NCBI GenBank assembly: GCA_963737905.1
Contig: CAVTUQ010000002.1
Location: 320,001 to 384,000 of the forward strand
Direction: 5' to 3'
Length of the DNA stretch: 64,000 bases
DNA from: an uncultured delta proteobacterium
GTDB lineage: Bacteria; Desulfobacterota; Binatia; UBA9968
The notes beneath the pieces are model-generated. The model ran no database searches, was not told where the DNA came from, and saw nothing but the letters and a program-made list of their open reading frames with translations. Within the stretch, counting starts at the first letter, position 1; the number at the start of each line of letters is the position of its first letter. This document shows positions 16,922-28,024 of this stretch, piece by piece. Both the position numbers and the translations under genes were made by a program.

Positions 16922-19900
16922 TAACGCTTTTATTGCACAATAACTGCTTGACGGGAAATATAGGATGTCCTCTAGTTTTGTCCTAGCCTGCAAACCACTG
17001 CTCTTTTTCCGCGACTTGCCCAACAGGCACGATTTTCCTCGCAACATTCTCCTTGCACTTGGATTCGGCAGCGGCAACCAAGAAAGCTGGGTACTGATCT
17101 GCATTCTTGACGATTTGAACTGCACGCTCCAAAGGAATCACTCTTTTTTCAGCTCGGGTCATGAATTGCTGATATGCAGAACGCTTTGACACCACGCCCT
17201 TTCTGAAACAACGCGCGATCACTTGCAGCGAATGCTCCCAGTGTTCGTCGCCCGTCCCAAGAAGCAGAACTGCACCGTTCTGGCAAAACTGCAGAATCCG
17301 CTGATCATCAGATGTATAATCGGCCAAATACTTGCGATACAGCGTTAACTGGGTGCTGGGTGGCGTTCGAAGTGCCAGGGCAACACAACTTCGCGGCGAA
17401 ATCGAGTCTGGCAGAGATTTTAGGTTTAGCTCGAGTAGTCGATCGCCCGATTGCGTCAGAGTTAGCGCTATGCCATGTTCAACAGAGTCATAGAATCGCG
17501 TCCAGTCACCGTCCTCAAGCTCAGCCATGACGGACTCAAACTGAGGAAGCGACTGTATAATCGTGTTTTCGCTGGCCCAGGTTAACCACAATTGGCTGAC
17601 CTGAAGTTTCTGTAGGGTACTCTGCGCTGCATGAAACTGTCTCGGCCACCATGCCGCTGTACCCGCGCGAAGACGCGCGTATCTTGATCGCCTGCACAGG
17701 GATTTACTATCCTCGAAGGGATCTGGACAGTCTGTGCACGTCTCAGTCGTTGATTTAATACCACTCCCTACATTGGCCATATGGTAGAAAGCCCATTCAT
17801 TATCCCAGTGTCGTCTTCCTTCTTCTACAACAGTGTCCCAGGGGGACAACTCCGTCGCCCATTCACCTGCTGGTCGGTCCGATTGCTTCTGCACAACGGC
17901 AATAAAAGCAGAGCACGTCCCGGCATTAATGGAGGAGGGTACTGAAGCGGTTGTCGTGCGAAGTTCTGAAAAGGCCTGAGGTTCGGCATGAGTCCAACTC
18001 GTAGAGAGCGGAACATTGTGCGGAAACTTGAACGCAACAGCGTACCGGTTGACATCTAGACAGTGACCAAACAGGTCGAGGATCCCTTGTACGGGCGACG
18101 TCGAAGTCGCCTCGGTCTCCAAACGAAGAATACTCCTTAGCCCGATCGAGAACCGAGCTTCATTCGACTCCAGAAAGTCAAACCGTTTCGCCCGATACAA
18201 AAGATCAACTCTGTCGGAATTCAGTGGCTGCTCTGAAAGAATGTCTTCTAATTGCTCGATGGGGGTATTCGACAGGCAGCCGAGTTGGAGTCCATATCGG
18301 AGCCAATCCGTTCGTGCACTGGATTGAACAGCACGAGCATTGTCTAACCAGACTGGAAACATTTCAGCGGATGAAACGTTCGATTTCAGGAGATCAATTA
18401 CATCAAGTGCGTAGTCTAAAGGTGGGTGCTGACGAAGCAAGGACACGCACCGATCTACGATTTCTTGCTTTCCACAACCCTTGGGGAGCACAACGGGGTT
18501 AGAGCGTCCCCCTCTCCGGCTGTTCGCGGTTAGTACAAACCTAAGCCCCAGTCCATCTAGGATTAAATTCAAGACCTCGCTCACTGACTTTGGATATTGA
18601 GAGAAAACCCAGTCGGAGAGAAGGATCGCCCCCAAAATTCGCGGATGACTAGTAATACCGTAATCAGGATCGTTTGCAAGCTCTTGCAGCCGATCAATTA
18701 ACGACGCCAGTTCACCCTTGCTGTAGCAGCCAGCGTAGAAACGGGTCACGTTAAGCCAATAGAAATCTCGCGCAAGCGCGTCGAATCTGTCTGGCTTGGT
18801 CCCACGCTTTTCGGCACCCGGCGGTGAGTAGGGCGCTGTTTCATATAGAAACCTGGCCGCAAAGTACTCTCGCAATGGCTGGACTTCAAATTCGTACGTA
18901 CCTTGAACGCGCGATACAAGTGCAACTACTCTTTCCACCATTCCCGTGAAGAGGGTCTGCGCTAAATCAGAATTGTGCCCCTCATTTTCCAAGTATTCCT
19001 TCAGAACTTTTGTAAGCCGGTCGGCAGTAATTGCGCCGTTCCTTCTGCTCTGCTCGCGCTCGTTCCCGAGTTCCACTTCGCTATGGAGGAGCCAAGCAAG
19101 ATATCTATGAATATTGATCAGTAGTTCACGGTGATCTCGAACGGTGGGACTCTTCTCTGCTTCTCGGTTAAAAAAAAGCTCGATATAGTTGTCATATAAA
19201 GCCGTCCGTTTATCAGGAAGGGAAGTACCTCGGGTGTGGATTAAACTAAGCAGAATTGCAAGTTGCATGGGATTTCTTGCCAAATCTCGTAGGTGAGGTT
19301 GGGTCAGTTTTTCCTTCAGAATCTTCTTCACCTCATCGCTCTCTCGCTCTTGCAGGCGTCGTGCCTTCAACCATTTTTCCGCGTATTCGTCGATCAACTC
19401 GCGACTCAGGTCGCCAAGTTCAAAGTAGTTGAATTTATCTTCCGGTAGACCCGGAGAATTGGCGAAAGCAGCAGGTCTACTCGTAACAACAACCTGAAGC
19501 GAGGCAGCATTGGCTTCTAGCCGGTCAAGGCCCTTGATGATTTCATCCACAACCTCTCGCCTGCGCTCGATATCGGCTACCTCATCGAGACCGTCAAAGA
19601 CAAGCAATATCGCGCTTAGCTTAGCGACCGCGTGCAAATCCGCTACCTCGAAGTGGATGCCACCAGATTGATATCTTATTAATGCAGATAAGAACGCTTC
19701 AAGAGACTTCGTCCACTCCCCTGCGACGATTTCACCACCCTCTGGCGTAAACGGGTTTCTCCTCGCTAGCCAGCTTGCTAGGTCTCGTAGGTCAACTTTG
19801 ATAGGCAGTCGCAAAGGAACTGTTTTGTATGATTCAGGAAGTTGCTGAATTTCCCCTGAAACCTCCAGAAGTCGCATCCGATGAACCTGGCAAAGAAATT

Positions 19901-20126
19901 GTGTGATAGTCGACTTCCCTTGGCCTGGGGCGCCCTCAAGTACGACGCGAGGAGACACGAATTGTGAACGCGAGCTGAGCAGGTGCGTATTCCGATGAAA
20001 TCGGCACCGATTCCGAAGCAAATCGGCATGCAGTCCGAGCAAATCGGCAATCCGAGGAGTCGGAGCGAAGCGACGCTGGGATTTTGTTCATAACCTAAGG
20101 GTACTGTTGGTTGCAAGTCCGTTAAA

Positions 20127-20855
20127 TCATTTCTTGGTTTTTCTGATCGACTCTCCTTTCAGTTCGATTTTGTAAGCGTGGTGCAGCAAGCGATCCAAGA
20201 TGGCATCGGCGACGGTGGGTTCACCGATGATGGTATGCCAGTCTTTGATCGGGCACTGGCTGGTGATGACAGTGGGATTTTTCTGATAGCGGTCCTCGAT
20301 GATTTCGAGCAGATCGTTACGTTGCGAATCATCGAGTGGAGTCAGAAACAGATCATCGAGGATAAGCAGTTGGACCTTGGCCAAGCGGGTGAGCATTTTG
20401 AGATGGGAGCCGTCGGCTTTGGCTTGAAGGAGCATTTCGAACAGACGCGGAGCGCGCAGATAGAGTACGGTGTAACCGTGGCGCGCAACGAAGTTGCCGA
20501 GCGCGCAGGCGATGTAACTTTTGCCGACGCCCGTGGGGCCGGTCAGGAGCACGGTATGGTGGCGGGTGATCCAGTCCGTAGAGGAGAGTTCCAAGATCGT
20601 CTGTTTGTTTAAGCCTCTGGGATGTTTGTAATCGATGTCTTCGAGACAAGCGGGTTGGGTGAGCTTGGCGTTAAGGAGGAGACGTTTTAAGCGAAGATTA
20701 TCGCGGTAGGTTTTTTCGTCTTGAACGATCAGACCGAAGAACTCCGGGTGGGAGAGATCGGCGGATGCGGGATGAGCGATCTTGTCGCCGAAGCTTCGTG
20801 CCATGCCGAAGAGTTTTAAAGCGTTAAGAGTTTGCAGAGTTTGTTCGTTGAGCAT
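20127..20855 (-). CDS. istB: IS21 helper ATPase IstB
   Basis: GPTGVGKS; LLILDD; ITSQ; DAILDRL.H.A..IELKGES. Confidence 0.96.
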   Translation of the reverse strand: MLNEQTLQTLNALKLFGMARSFGDKIAHPASADLSHPEFFGLIVQDEKTYRDNLRLKRLLLNAKLTQPACLEDIDYKHPRGLNKQTILELSSTDWITRHHTVLLTGPTGVGKSYIACALGNFVARHGYTVLYLRAPRLFEMLLQAKADGSHLKMLTRLAKVQLLILDDLFLTPLDDSQRNDLLEIIEDRYQKNPTVITSQCPIKDWHTIIGEPTVADAILDRLLHHAYKIELKGESIRKTKK

Positions 20856-20983
20856 CGGAGATTTTCCTTTCTCGTTTTGGTTATCGATAAATTGGGGGTG
20901 GTCTACCCCTTCATCCCATTGAGAACGTGCGTCAAGGAGGCTTTAAACGCGTCGTTTTTTTCACGGTCATCTGATTTCTCGGT

Positions 20984-22531
20984 TCAGTGGTAATATTGGC
21001 CACCGCGGATGTTGTCGTGCGCGGGCAGTGTCGCCGTCGAGCCAGAGTCTTTTTCTTCCAATCGATCGAGTCCGTTCTCCAACATTTTGCGCAGCGCTTT
21101 GAGCGAGAGATTGGAGTAGCGCAGCGCCCGAGCGGCGGCGTTTTCCAGACGTTCTTTGGGGTAATGTTTATCGAGGCGCAGGATCCCCAAGCACGAGCGA
21201 TAGCCTTGCTCTGGGTGGGCGCGACTCTCGATGATGGTTTGCACCAGCCGAGCGGTGTGGGGACCGGTCTTCTGCGCCCAGTGGATGAATCGGGCGGGAC
21301 TCCATTCAGAATACTTCTGGTGTGCTGGCGGCATATGTTCCTTGAGGGTGGTGTGTTGATGGGGCACATAGCTTCGGACCTGGCTGGCCACGCGTTCGCC
21401 TTTTCGGAAGGCCTCCACGGTGTGGGCGGTCAACCGAACTTGGAGCTTTTCGCCCTTCAGTTCATGCGGCACGCTGTAGTAGTGATCGTCGACTTCGATG
21501 TGGTAGTCGATGCTGACGGTGGCGATCTTCCACTCGGCGTATTCGTAAGCTTTCTGTGGCAATGGCAAAGCGTTGGGCTGATCGAACAGAACAAAGAGTT
21601 CGCGACGCGATTGTTTGAGTTTGCGCAGCGCTCGGTTATTCAAACGCTCCAGCAATTCACCAATGGCCGTATTGAGATCGGCCAGGGTGTAGAACCTGCG
21701 GTGGCGTAAGACGGATAAGATCCAGCGCTTGGCGATCAGTACGCCGTTTTCGACCTTGGCCTTGTCCCTGGGGCGAGCGGGACGTGCCGGTATAACACAA
21801 ACGCCGTAGTGGCTGGCCATGTCCGCGTAGGTTGGATTTATCTCCGGCTCGTAGCGGCAGGCGCGACTGACGGCGCTCTTGAGGCAATCGGGCACCACAA
21901 CTTTGGAGACACAGCCGAAGTAATCAAACGCTCGGGTGTGCGAGCCAATCCAATCCGGCAGTTGCTGAGTGAGAGAGGCTTCGGCGAAGGTGTAAGTCGA
22001 GGCGCCCCAGACGGCGACGAAGAGCTCGGTTGGGATCAGATCGCCGGTTTGCGGATCGACCAATGGTAGCCCTTCGCCATAGTCGATAAACAGTTTCTCG
22101 CCGCCCTTGTGGTCCTGACGCATCGAGTAATCGAGCTTGGATCGGTAATCGCGATAGAGCTGACAGAACTGCGAGTACTGGTAGCCGTCAGGATGTTGTT
22201 CCCGATACTCGCGCCAGAGCTGATCGAGGGTGAGATTGAACTTCTTGTGGGCTTTGAGCTCGCGGTAGATGTAATCGAAATCCGGCAGCGCTTTGGCTGG
22301 TGCTTCAACAGAGACTGGGGGCGGAAACAGTCTTTGCTCCAACGCCTCTTCGGTTAAGTCTTCGGGCAAAGGCCAGGACAACCCCGCTTTCTGAGCCCGC
22401 TCTTGATAGTTTGTGACGGTGCTGCGGCTTATGTTTAAGCTCAGCGCCACTTGCCGCGTGTTCAGATGAATGTCGTGGGTCAGACGCAGAACATCTTTGA
22501 TCTTACGCATGGATAACCTCGTATTGGCCAT
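20984..22531 (-). CDS. istA: IS21 transposase IstA
   Basis: N-terminal HTH; FIDY; VPDCLKSAV; PRDKAKVE (DDE); YYSVP. Confidence 0.96.
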   Translation of the reverse strand: MANTRLSMRKIKDVLRLTHDIHLNTRQVALSLNISRSTVTNYQERAQKAGLSWPLPEDLTEEALEQRLFPPPVSVEAPAKALPDFDYIYRELKAHKKFNLTLDQLWREYREQHPDGYQYSQFCQLYRDYRSKLDYSMRQDHKGGEKLFIDYGEGLPLVDPQTGDLIPTELFVAVWGASTYTFAEASLTQQLPDWIGSHTRAFDYFGCVSKVVVPDCLKSAVSRACRYEPEINPTYADMASHYGVCVIPARPARPRDKAKVENGVLIAKRWILSVLRHRRFYTLADLNTAIGELLERLNNRALRKLKQSRRELFVLFDQPNALPLPQKAYEYAEWKIATVSIDYHIEVDDHYYSVPHELKGEKLQVRLTAHTVEAFRKGERVASQVRSYVPHQHTTLKEHMPPAHQKYSEWSPARFIHWAQKTGPHTARLVQTIIESRAHPEQGYRSCLGILRLDKHYPKERLENAAARALRYSNLSLKALRKMLENGLDRLEEKDSGSTATLPAHDNIRGGQYYH

Positions 22532-23966
22532 TCAACCTCCTTGGCTTTTTAAGCCAGGGAGGATAACAGCCCGGTTATCCAGCGTCGCTTGCTTGGGTTA
22601 GCTCACCCTAAACAGGGGTGCCGATTTGCATCGGAACAAGTGCCGATTTCGATCGGAACGAGTGTCGTTTTGCCAGCGGAATGGGTGTCGATTTGGGTCG
22701 GAATACGCAAGCAGGAACTCTGCTGCCCCTGCGGAATTGTCACGGGAAAGACGTGAATAATAAACGCGCTCAACGTCCACATACTCGGGCCGTGGGTGTG
22801 CCTCGTATATTTGAACAGGCGATACGTGTGCGAGATGATGGATATAAGCCGACTCGGATAGAACTACTTCCTCGCCAGGTTCGAGAAACACCCGTCGTCC
22901 CTGGTGCATTACAAATTGCCTGCGAAAAACACCCCTCCCTAGAGTGATAGGAACGTCAACAAATAGATCCAAAAGTTTGTTTTGGAGTTCGACCTGCTTA
23001 AACTTCACTTCTTGATCCAGGGAGTACTGATACCTTATGAAGGCTCGCAGAGCGTTGGCGCGTCTTTCCTTGGCTTCAGAGAGGCCATTCTCTATGACAA
23101 ATCGTATCAGGTCAGGGCCAGTCATCAATTCAGGATAAGCCCACTTTAAATCCCACGCGTTGTCCAGCCGCCGACTTAGGTCGTCTCTCCACCAGCAAAC
23201 CGATGGTATTCCGAGCTCTTGTGTTAGCTTCTTGTTGGCTATGTCAATCGATCCGGAGCCAGGATGCGCAGTGCCACGAACGTTGGTGATTAGAACATAC
23301 TGTTTCGCTCCTTCCCGGATTTGCTTCTTAACCTTTGGTGCTTCTTGTTCAATGATGGAAAGTAGCCACTTGTGCGGCTCATCGATCGACTCCAACTCGC
23401 GGACGAACTTAATTTGGAACATCACGAAACCACCCTTTAGCTCAGCAAAACCCCACTGTATCGCATCCCTGCCTCCGTCGGGCTGCGCCACTGGGAAACA
23501 CTGCATGTTTGGAAACTCTTTAGTCAGCAGGGCCTGGCAGAAATGCTGAAACTTTTCAGGGTCGAGGTTTTCAAAAGGATAGCTCATTTCTTGACGCGCA
23601 AAAGTTTTATGGATCTTTACGAACGATAGTGACAATGTCTCTAGCGGTACGAGTCATCGTTCTGCACATGAACGTCCGTGCTGCCCTAGCGAGTCGCGTG
23701 AAGATTTCATCTAATCAAAAGCCCAATAAACCGCCTCTTGCTATCATATGACCTTCCCTCCCTGCAGTCGGTTCGGTTCGTCAATCCAATAGCAATCAAA
23801 AACGGTAGGACATTAGTCCTGGCGGCCAACGTCCTTAGAATAATGCTGGTCTTAGATGTGTGTCAAGAAAAAAAGTCCGACTCGTTTGCTGGGTTTACGT
23901 CTGGCCTGAACCTGACTTTATCGCGTTCAATTTTCGAATAGCCGTAACCGCGGACTAGTTAGACGG

Positions 23967-24340
23967 TAGGGTCAGGTCTTGCAATGCAACAATTAGTCAT
24001 CCTCATGGTCTGGGGTAGGAGCTATTCCTCGGACCCATCCGCATTGACTTATTTTCGCCTGACAAACAGTTGCTGCATCAACTTGTCCCACGCTGCGTAT
24101 TTTTTTTCCGCTTCTTAGTCCCGGCCCGAACTAACCAACTGTATGCGCTACATGGGCCGATCAATCTGCTGCTTGAACTCACGCAACAGCGGCGCGAGTT
24201 CAACTGTCTTCAGCGCACCGACCGCTGCTTCCCAACGCCCCTCCGCACAGAGGCCATGTACACCCGCATCCTCGTAGGCTTGAAGGAGCGCTTCAAGGCA
24301 TGCGTCTCGAATGCGTTTCGCGAGATCTTCCAGTTCCATA
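23967..24340 (-). repeat. about 375-bp duplicated block ending CAAGACCTGACCCTA, copy 1
   Basis: Similar to 26808-27186. Confidence 0.85.
24148..24339 (-). CDS. small conserved hypothetical protein (AYEDAG..GLCAEGRWE.AV)
   Basis: The ORF is retained in both diverged copies. Confidence 0.75.
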   Translation of the reverse strand: MELEDLAKRIRDACLEALLQAYEDAGVHGLCAEGRWEAAVGALKTVELAPLLREFKQQIDRPM

Positions 24341-24511
24341 GCTTGGGTTGATCATGTCAGGCTTTGCTTCTTTGATATTGCTGCGTTTTGTTTCTAGCCC
24401 AAAGGAACGTTTCGTAAGAAGCAAATAAACAAAGCCTGACACGATTTCGTGCCCAACAGATAGTGCGGCAGTTCGCCGACGCATGATCATCGGACGAATG
24501 CGGAATCGAAA

Positions 24512-25540
24512 TCAATTTTCCAACAGCGGCTTCAATTTTTGAATCGTATCCTGCGACGGCACGCCGGCTTCTTTGATCAGCGCGTCGAGCTCATCGCCTG
24601 TCGCTGGCGTGATGTCGAGACCTTTCTTTTTTGCGTCGGCGATCAGCTCGCCGTCGCTCATCATTTTGGTGAAACCATCGCGCAACATTTTCAATCGATC
24701 GCCAGGCATACCCGGAGGGCCGAATAACGGCCGGCCCATGTCGTCGGGGATCAGCAGAATTTTTGCCAAGCGTCGATAAAGCTCACTGCTCTTGTTTTTG
24801 TCGATCAACTCCCACAGCGTCGGAACGTTCGCCATGCGCGGGTCGCGCTTGGCGCCGCCCTGCACGAGCACGCGCACGAAACCGCTCTTGGCCCAAGTCC
24901 GGCCGGGCTCACTGCCAAAGAAAGCCTGCACCGTGCCGCTGAAGCACTGCACTTCGTTTTTCTCGATCGCCAGATTGACATCCGACGCCCCGGGATAGCC
25001 GGGCACGAGCATCAACTTGAGTCCGAACGTGTCCTGCAAAAGGCGGGGGAAATAATACGCCGAGCTGCCGATGCCGGTGGAACCGCATTTGGGCGTTTCC
25101 GCCACCGTGCGCATATCTTCCAAAGTTTTGATTCCCGTATCCGCGCGCGCGTAGAAAATTCGATCCGTTTTCTCGGGCGAGCCGATATAGCTGAACTTGA
25201 ACCAATCGAACTGAACTTCCTTCTTCCCCGTCACCTGATCGATATACATCGCCGGACTAACCACACCGAGCGTCAACCCGTCCGGCTTGGCGACGCTATA
25301 AATATAATTCGCCGCAATCATCGATCCGCCGCCGGTCATATTCTGCACGACAAAGGTCGGGTTGCCAGGCACGAATTTCCCCAAATGATTGGCAATCACC
25401 CGCGCCCAAACATCGAAGGCGCCGCCGGCAGCGAAGCCGACCCGGATCTGCACGGTCTTGCCTTGGTAGAAAGGCGTTTGCGCCGCCGCCGGTGAAATAG
25501 CGAGCAAACTTAAAATTATGAAAAGCAAAGCTGTCTTCAC
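24512..25540 (-). CDS. TctC/Bug-like substrate-binding protein
   Basis: FYQGKTV...GF.AGG.FD; NMTGGGS..AANY; KPDGLT; GRPLFGPPG. Confidence 0.9.
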   Translation of the reverse strand: MKTALLFIILSLLAISPAAAQTPFYQGKTVQIRVGFAAGGAFDVWARVIANHLGKFVPGNPTFVVQNMTGGGSMIAANYIYSVAKPDGLTLGVVSPAMYIDQVTGKKEVQFDWFKFSYIGSPEKTDRIFYARADTGIKTLEDMRTVAETPKCGSTGIGSSAYYFPRLLQDTFGLKLMLVPGYPGASDVNLAIEKNEVQCFSGTVQAFFGSEPGRTWAKSGFVRVLVQGGAKRDPRMANVPTLWELIDKNKSSELYRRLAKILLIPDDMGRPLFGPPGMPGDRLKMLRDGFTKMMSDGELIADAKKKGLDITPATGDELDALIKEAGVPSQDTIQKLKPLLEN

Positions 25541-25887
25541 TCAATACACCTCTCTGTTTATTGCCTGATAGCGAATGATTATCAGCAAAGCACTTGTTAA
25601 CAGACTTTTCGGATTATTTCACGGGCCGCCAAAAACGGGATCGCGTTCGATTCGATTCCCCGCTTTATACATTGATGCAGGCCTAACTTCTTGATTCCGC
25701 TCTCTCCGTTAACGAAGGGCCAGTGCGTCATCTGGCCTGGATCTGGACTTTATCGCGTTCAATTTTCAAATAGCCGCAACTGCATAGTCAACGCCATCCC
25801 CTGCATGTTTGGGCTTTTCAATCTGTTCAAACAGTATTACGGGTCACCTGTCACAGGTCGGACAACGCTAAGTCTCAGCTTCAGTAT

Positions 25888-25972
25888 GCTTCAAATCCCG
25901 TAGAATCGTCTGGGATTGTCGGAAAGAATGTTCCGTTTGACCTGCGGATTGAGGCCCTCCATCGCTTTGAAC
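25888..25972 (-). repeat. orphan copy of the 3' end of amidohydrolase 37315-38406
   Basis: 85 nt matching 37312-37396 with 3 mismatches by eye. Confidence 0.9.
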
Positions 25973-26117
25973 ACACCTAGGAGAAGTCTGTTCCAATGGT
26001 TCCAGTCGTTACAATAGTTCCAATTGTTTCGAGGCCGAAGATCTCTTCAGTACGAAAACACTCCGATAACCTGCCAAGCGCGAATACCATCGCATTGAAA
26101 AAAACAAGAAAAAATCT

Positions 26118-26513
26118 TCACGATGTTTCAACTTCAATCATACCGCTCGCGGTTATGATTTTTGCCTTGAGGCGATAAAGAATATCCATTCCCATAAGCC
26201 CATCGATCGGGCCACCGAACGGAAGCGTGTGAGCTATCACGGCAATTCGACGGAATTGTTTGCCCAATGTGCTTAAGCTTCTAACCGTCACCTTTGGAGC
26301 AATAATGTAACCGCTTCCGGTCGCTATTCTCTCGTGCTCTTTACTCTCGGCTGGGCTAATGCCGATGGATTCCAGAACTTCTACTGGGAGGACCGTGTAG
26401 GTGGAACCTGTGTCGACGAGTACTTTGATGACTTTTGTACCGGCAGGACCTGTCACCGCTGCTCTGGCAACGAAAAGGCTCCCCGTGCGCGTCAAGGAAT
26501 AACGTCGAGGCAA
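26118..26513 (-). CDS. retropepsin-like (clan AA) aspartyl protease
   Basis: LVDTGST motif; IDGLMGMDIL; overlaps the upstream small gene. Confidence 0.85.
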   Translation of the reverse strand: MPRRYSLTRTGSLFVARAAVTGPAGTKVIKVLVDTGSTYTVLPVEVLESIGISPAESKEHERIATGSGYIIAPKVTVRSLSTLGKQFRRIAVIAHTLPFGGPIDGLMGMDILYRLKAKIITASGMIEVETS

Positions 26514-26725
26514 AACATCACCGCCACGTCTTCTTGGATATCGCCGCAATACTCAACCGCCACGTTTTTGCCCAGAGTACCGAGCAAAGCTTTGTAGATG
26601 TCGTCTTTATTCGGAGCGTGCGCGATAACCTTGCCGGCCTTGACGCGAAGATCCTTGTCGAGTTTAGAAAACTCAACTAGCACCCACTCGTTAGGGTACC
26701 TTTTTCTGATCTCATCAAGCCGCAT
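26492..26725 (-). CDS. DUF5678-like small protein
   Basis: EIRKRYPNEWVLV...GKVIAH.P.KDDIY; typical partner of retropepsin-like genes. Confidence 0.72.
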   Translation of the reverse strand: MRLDEIRKRYPNEWVLVEFSKLDKDLRVKAGKVIAHAPNKDDIYKALLGTLGKNVAVEYCGDIQEDVAVMFCLDVIP

Positions 26726-26807
26726 AAGTGAAAACTTCCGCCTTTCTTTATGATGATCTTACGCGACCGGACACGCACTGACAAGGATTGTTGGCGACGT
26801 CAGAGGC

Positions 26808-27186
26808 TAGGGTCTGGTCTTGCAATACAACAATTAGTCATCCTCATGGTCTGGGCGGGAGCTGTTCCTCGGACCCATTCGCAGTGACTTATTTTCGCCT
26901 GACAAACAGTTGCTGCATCAACTTGTGCCACTCGGCGTATTTGTTTTCCGCTTCTTAGTCCGCCCCGAACTAACCAATTGCATGGGCTACATGGGCCGAT
27001 CAATCTGCTGACGGGTGTTTGAACTCACGCAACAGCGGCGCGAGATCAACAGTCTTCAGCGCGCCGACAGCTACTTCCCAACGCCCCTCCGCACAGAGGC
27101 CCTGTACACCCGCATCCTCGTATGCTCGAAGGACCGCTTCAAGGCATGCGTCTCGAATGCGTTTCGCGAGATCTTCCAGCTCCATA
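26808..27186 (-). repeat. about 375-bp duplicated block, copy 2
   Basis: Similar to 23967-24340. Confidence 0.85.
27000..27185 (-). CDS. small conserved hypothetical protein (paralog of 24148-24339)
   Basis: MELEDLAKRIRDACLEAVLRAYEDAGVQGLCAEGRWE; RBS GGGAG. Confidence 0.75.
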   Translation of the reverse strand: MELEDLAKRIRDACLEAVLRAYEDAGVQGLCAEGRWEVAVGALKTVDLAPLLREFKHPSAD

Positions 27187-27400
27187 TAGCTCCCTTAGAC
27201 GAACGTCTAGAGTATATCGCTTATTCGCAAAACTGGAACAATCCAAGCCCGACCCTGGTCCGAGACTGGCGAATGGTAATCGACACCGTGTTTTTCTCAG
27301 CTTTGTTCGACAGCGACTTCATGCCGGGAGGTCGATGGTCGTGGATCCCCGCTGCCATTTTCTGGTGGACGTCGCCGGTTTCGTTGGGTATATTTCGGCT

Positions 27401-28024
27401 ATGGCTGCACATGATCACGATCATAATGAGGGCTCTAACCTTTCCGAGGTGGAGCTGCGGGTACGCGCGCTCGAAACGATATTGGTCGACAAGGGATATA
27501 TCGAACCGGCCGCGCTCGATCGCATCGTCGAGCTTTATGAAACTAAAATCGGCCCGCATATCGGCGCGCAAGTTATCGCCAAGGCGTGGAGCGATCCTGC
27601 CTTTCGGCAGTCGCTCCTGGAGGATGCGAGCAAGGCGGTCAACGCGTTTGCGCAAGTGGGCAGCGTGGGCGAGCACTTGATCGCCGTGGAGAACACGCCG
27701 CAGGTGCACAACATGGTGGTGTGCACGTTGTGCTCGTGCTATCCGACCGACGTGCTCGGCCTCCCGCCGGCATGGTACAAGTCCTTCGCCTACCGCTCGC
27801 GGGCAGTGAAGGAACCCCGCGCGGTGCTCGCGGATTTCGGCGTCGCGCTGGCGGCCGAGACCGAGATCCGGGTTTGGGATTCGACGGCCGAGACGCGATA
27901 TGTGGTCGTGCCGATGCGTCCGGCCGGAACCGAGGGCTGGAGCGAGGCCCAGCTTGCCAAATTGATCACGCGCGACAGCATGATCGGCGCCGGTTTGCCG
28001 AAAAAGCCAAGTGAGGTGGCCTGA
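27401..28024 (+). CDS. nthA: Co-type nitrile hydratase alpha subunit
   Basis: VCTLCSCY cobalt motif; His-rich N-terminus; WDSTAETRY..P.RP.GTEG. Confidence 0.95.
   Translation: MAAHDHDHNEGSNLSEVELRVRALETILVDKGYIEPAALDRIVELYETKIGPHIGAQVIAKAWSDPAFRQSLLEDASKAVNAFAQVGSVGEHLIAVENTPQVHNMVVCTLCSCYPTDVLGLPPAWYKSFAYRSRAVKEPRAVLADFGVALAAETEIRVWDSTAETRYVVVPMRPAGTEGWSEAQLAKLITRDSMIGAGLPKKPSEVA

Larger units (their letters stand above)
19984..22709 (-). mobile_element. IS21-family insertion sequence, 2726 bp
   Basis: Terminal inverted repeats TGCGTATTCCG...CGGAATACGCA; subterminal AAATCGGCA repeats; 6-bp target duplication AGCAGG (19978-19983, 22710-22715); istA and istB. Confidence 0.96.
16983..23587 (-). 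pseudogene. Mrr-like nuclease + NACHT NTPase (bacterial NLR-like defence protein, 1290 aa reconstructed), interrupted by IS21
   Basis: N-terminus FENLDPEKFQHFCQALL...PDGGRDA...FQIKF; Walker A GAPGQGKST; Walker B LLVFDGLDEV; VTSRP; NPMQL. Removing the IS and one TSD restores the frame ...AEFLL|SSRSQF... Confidence 0.88.

Noticed and set aside
19984-20042. Start of the 1019-aa NACHT ORF as an independent gene
   Set aside because: Its first residues derive from the IS21 end; the real N-terminus is at 22710-23587.
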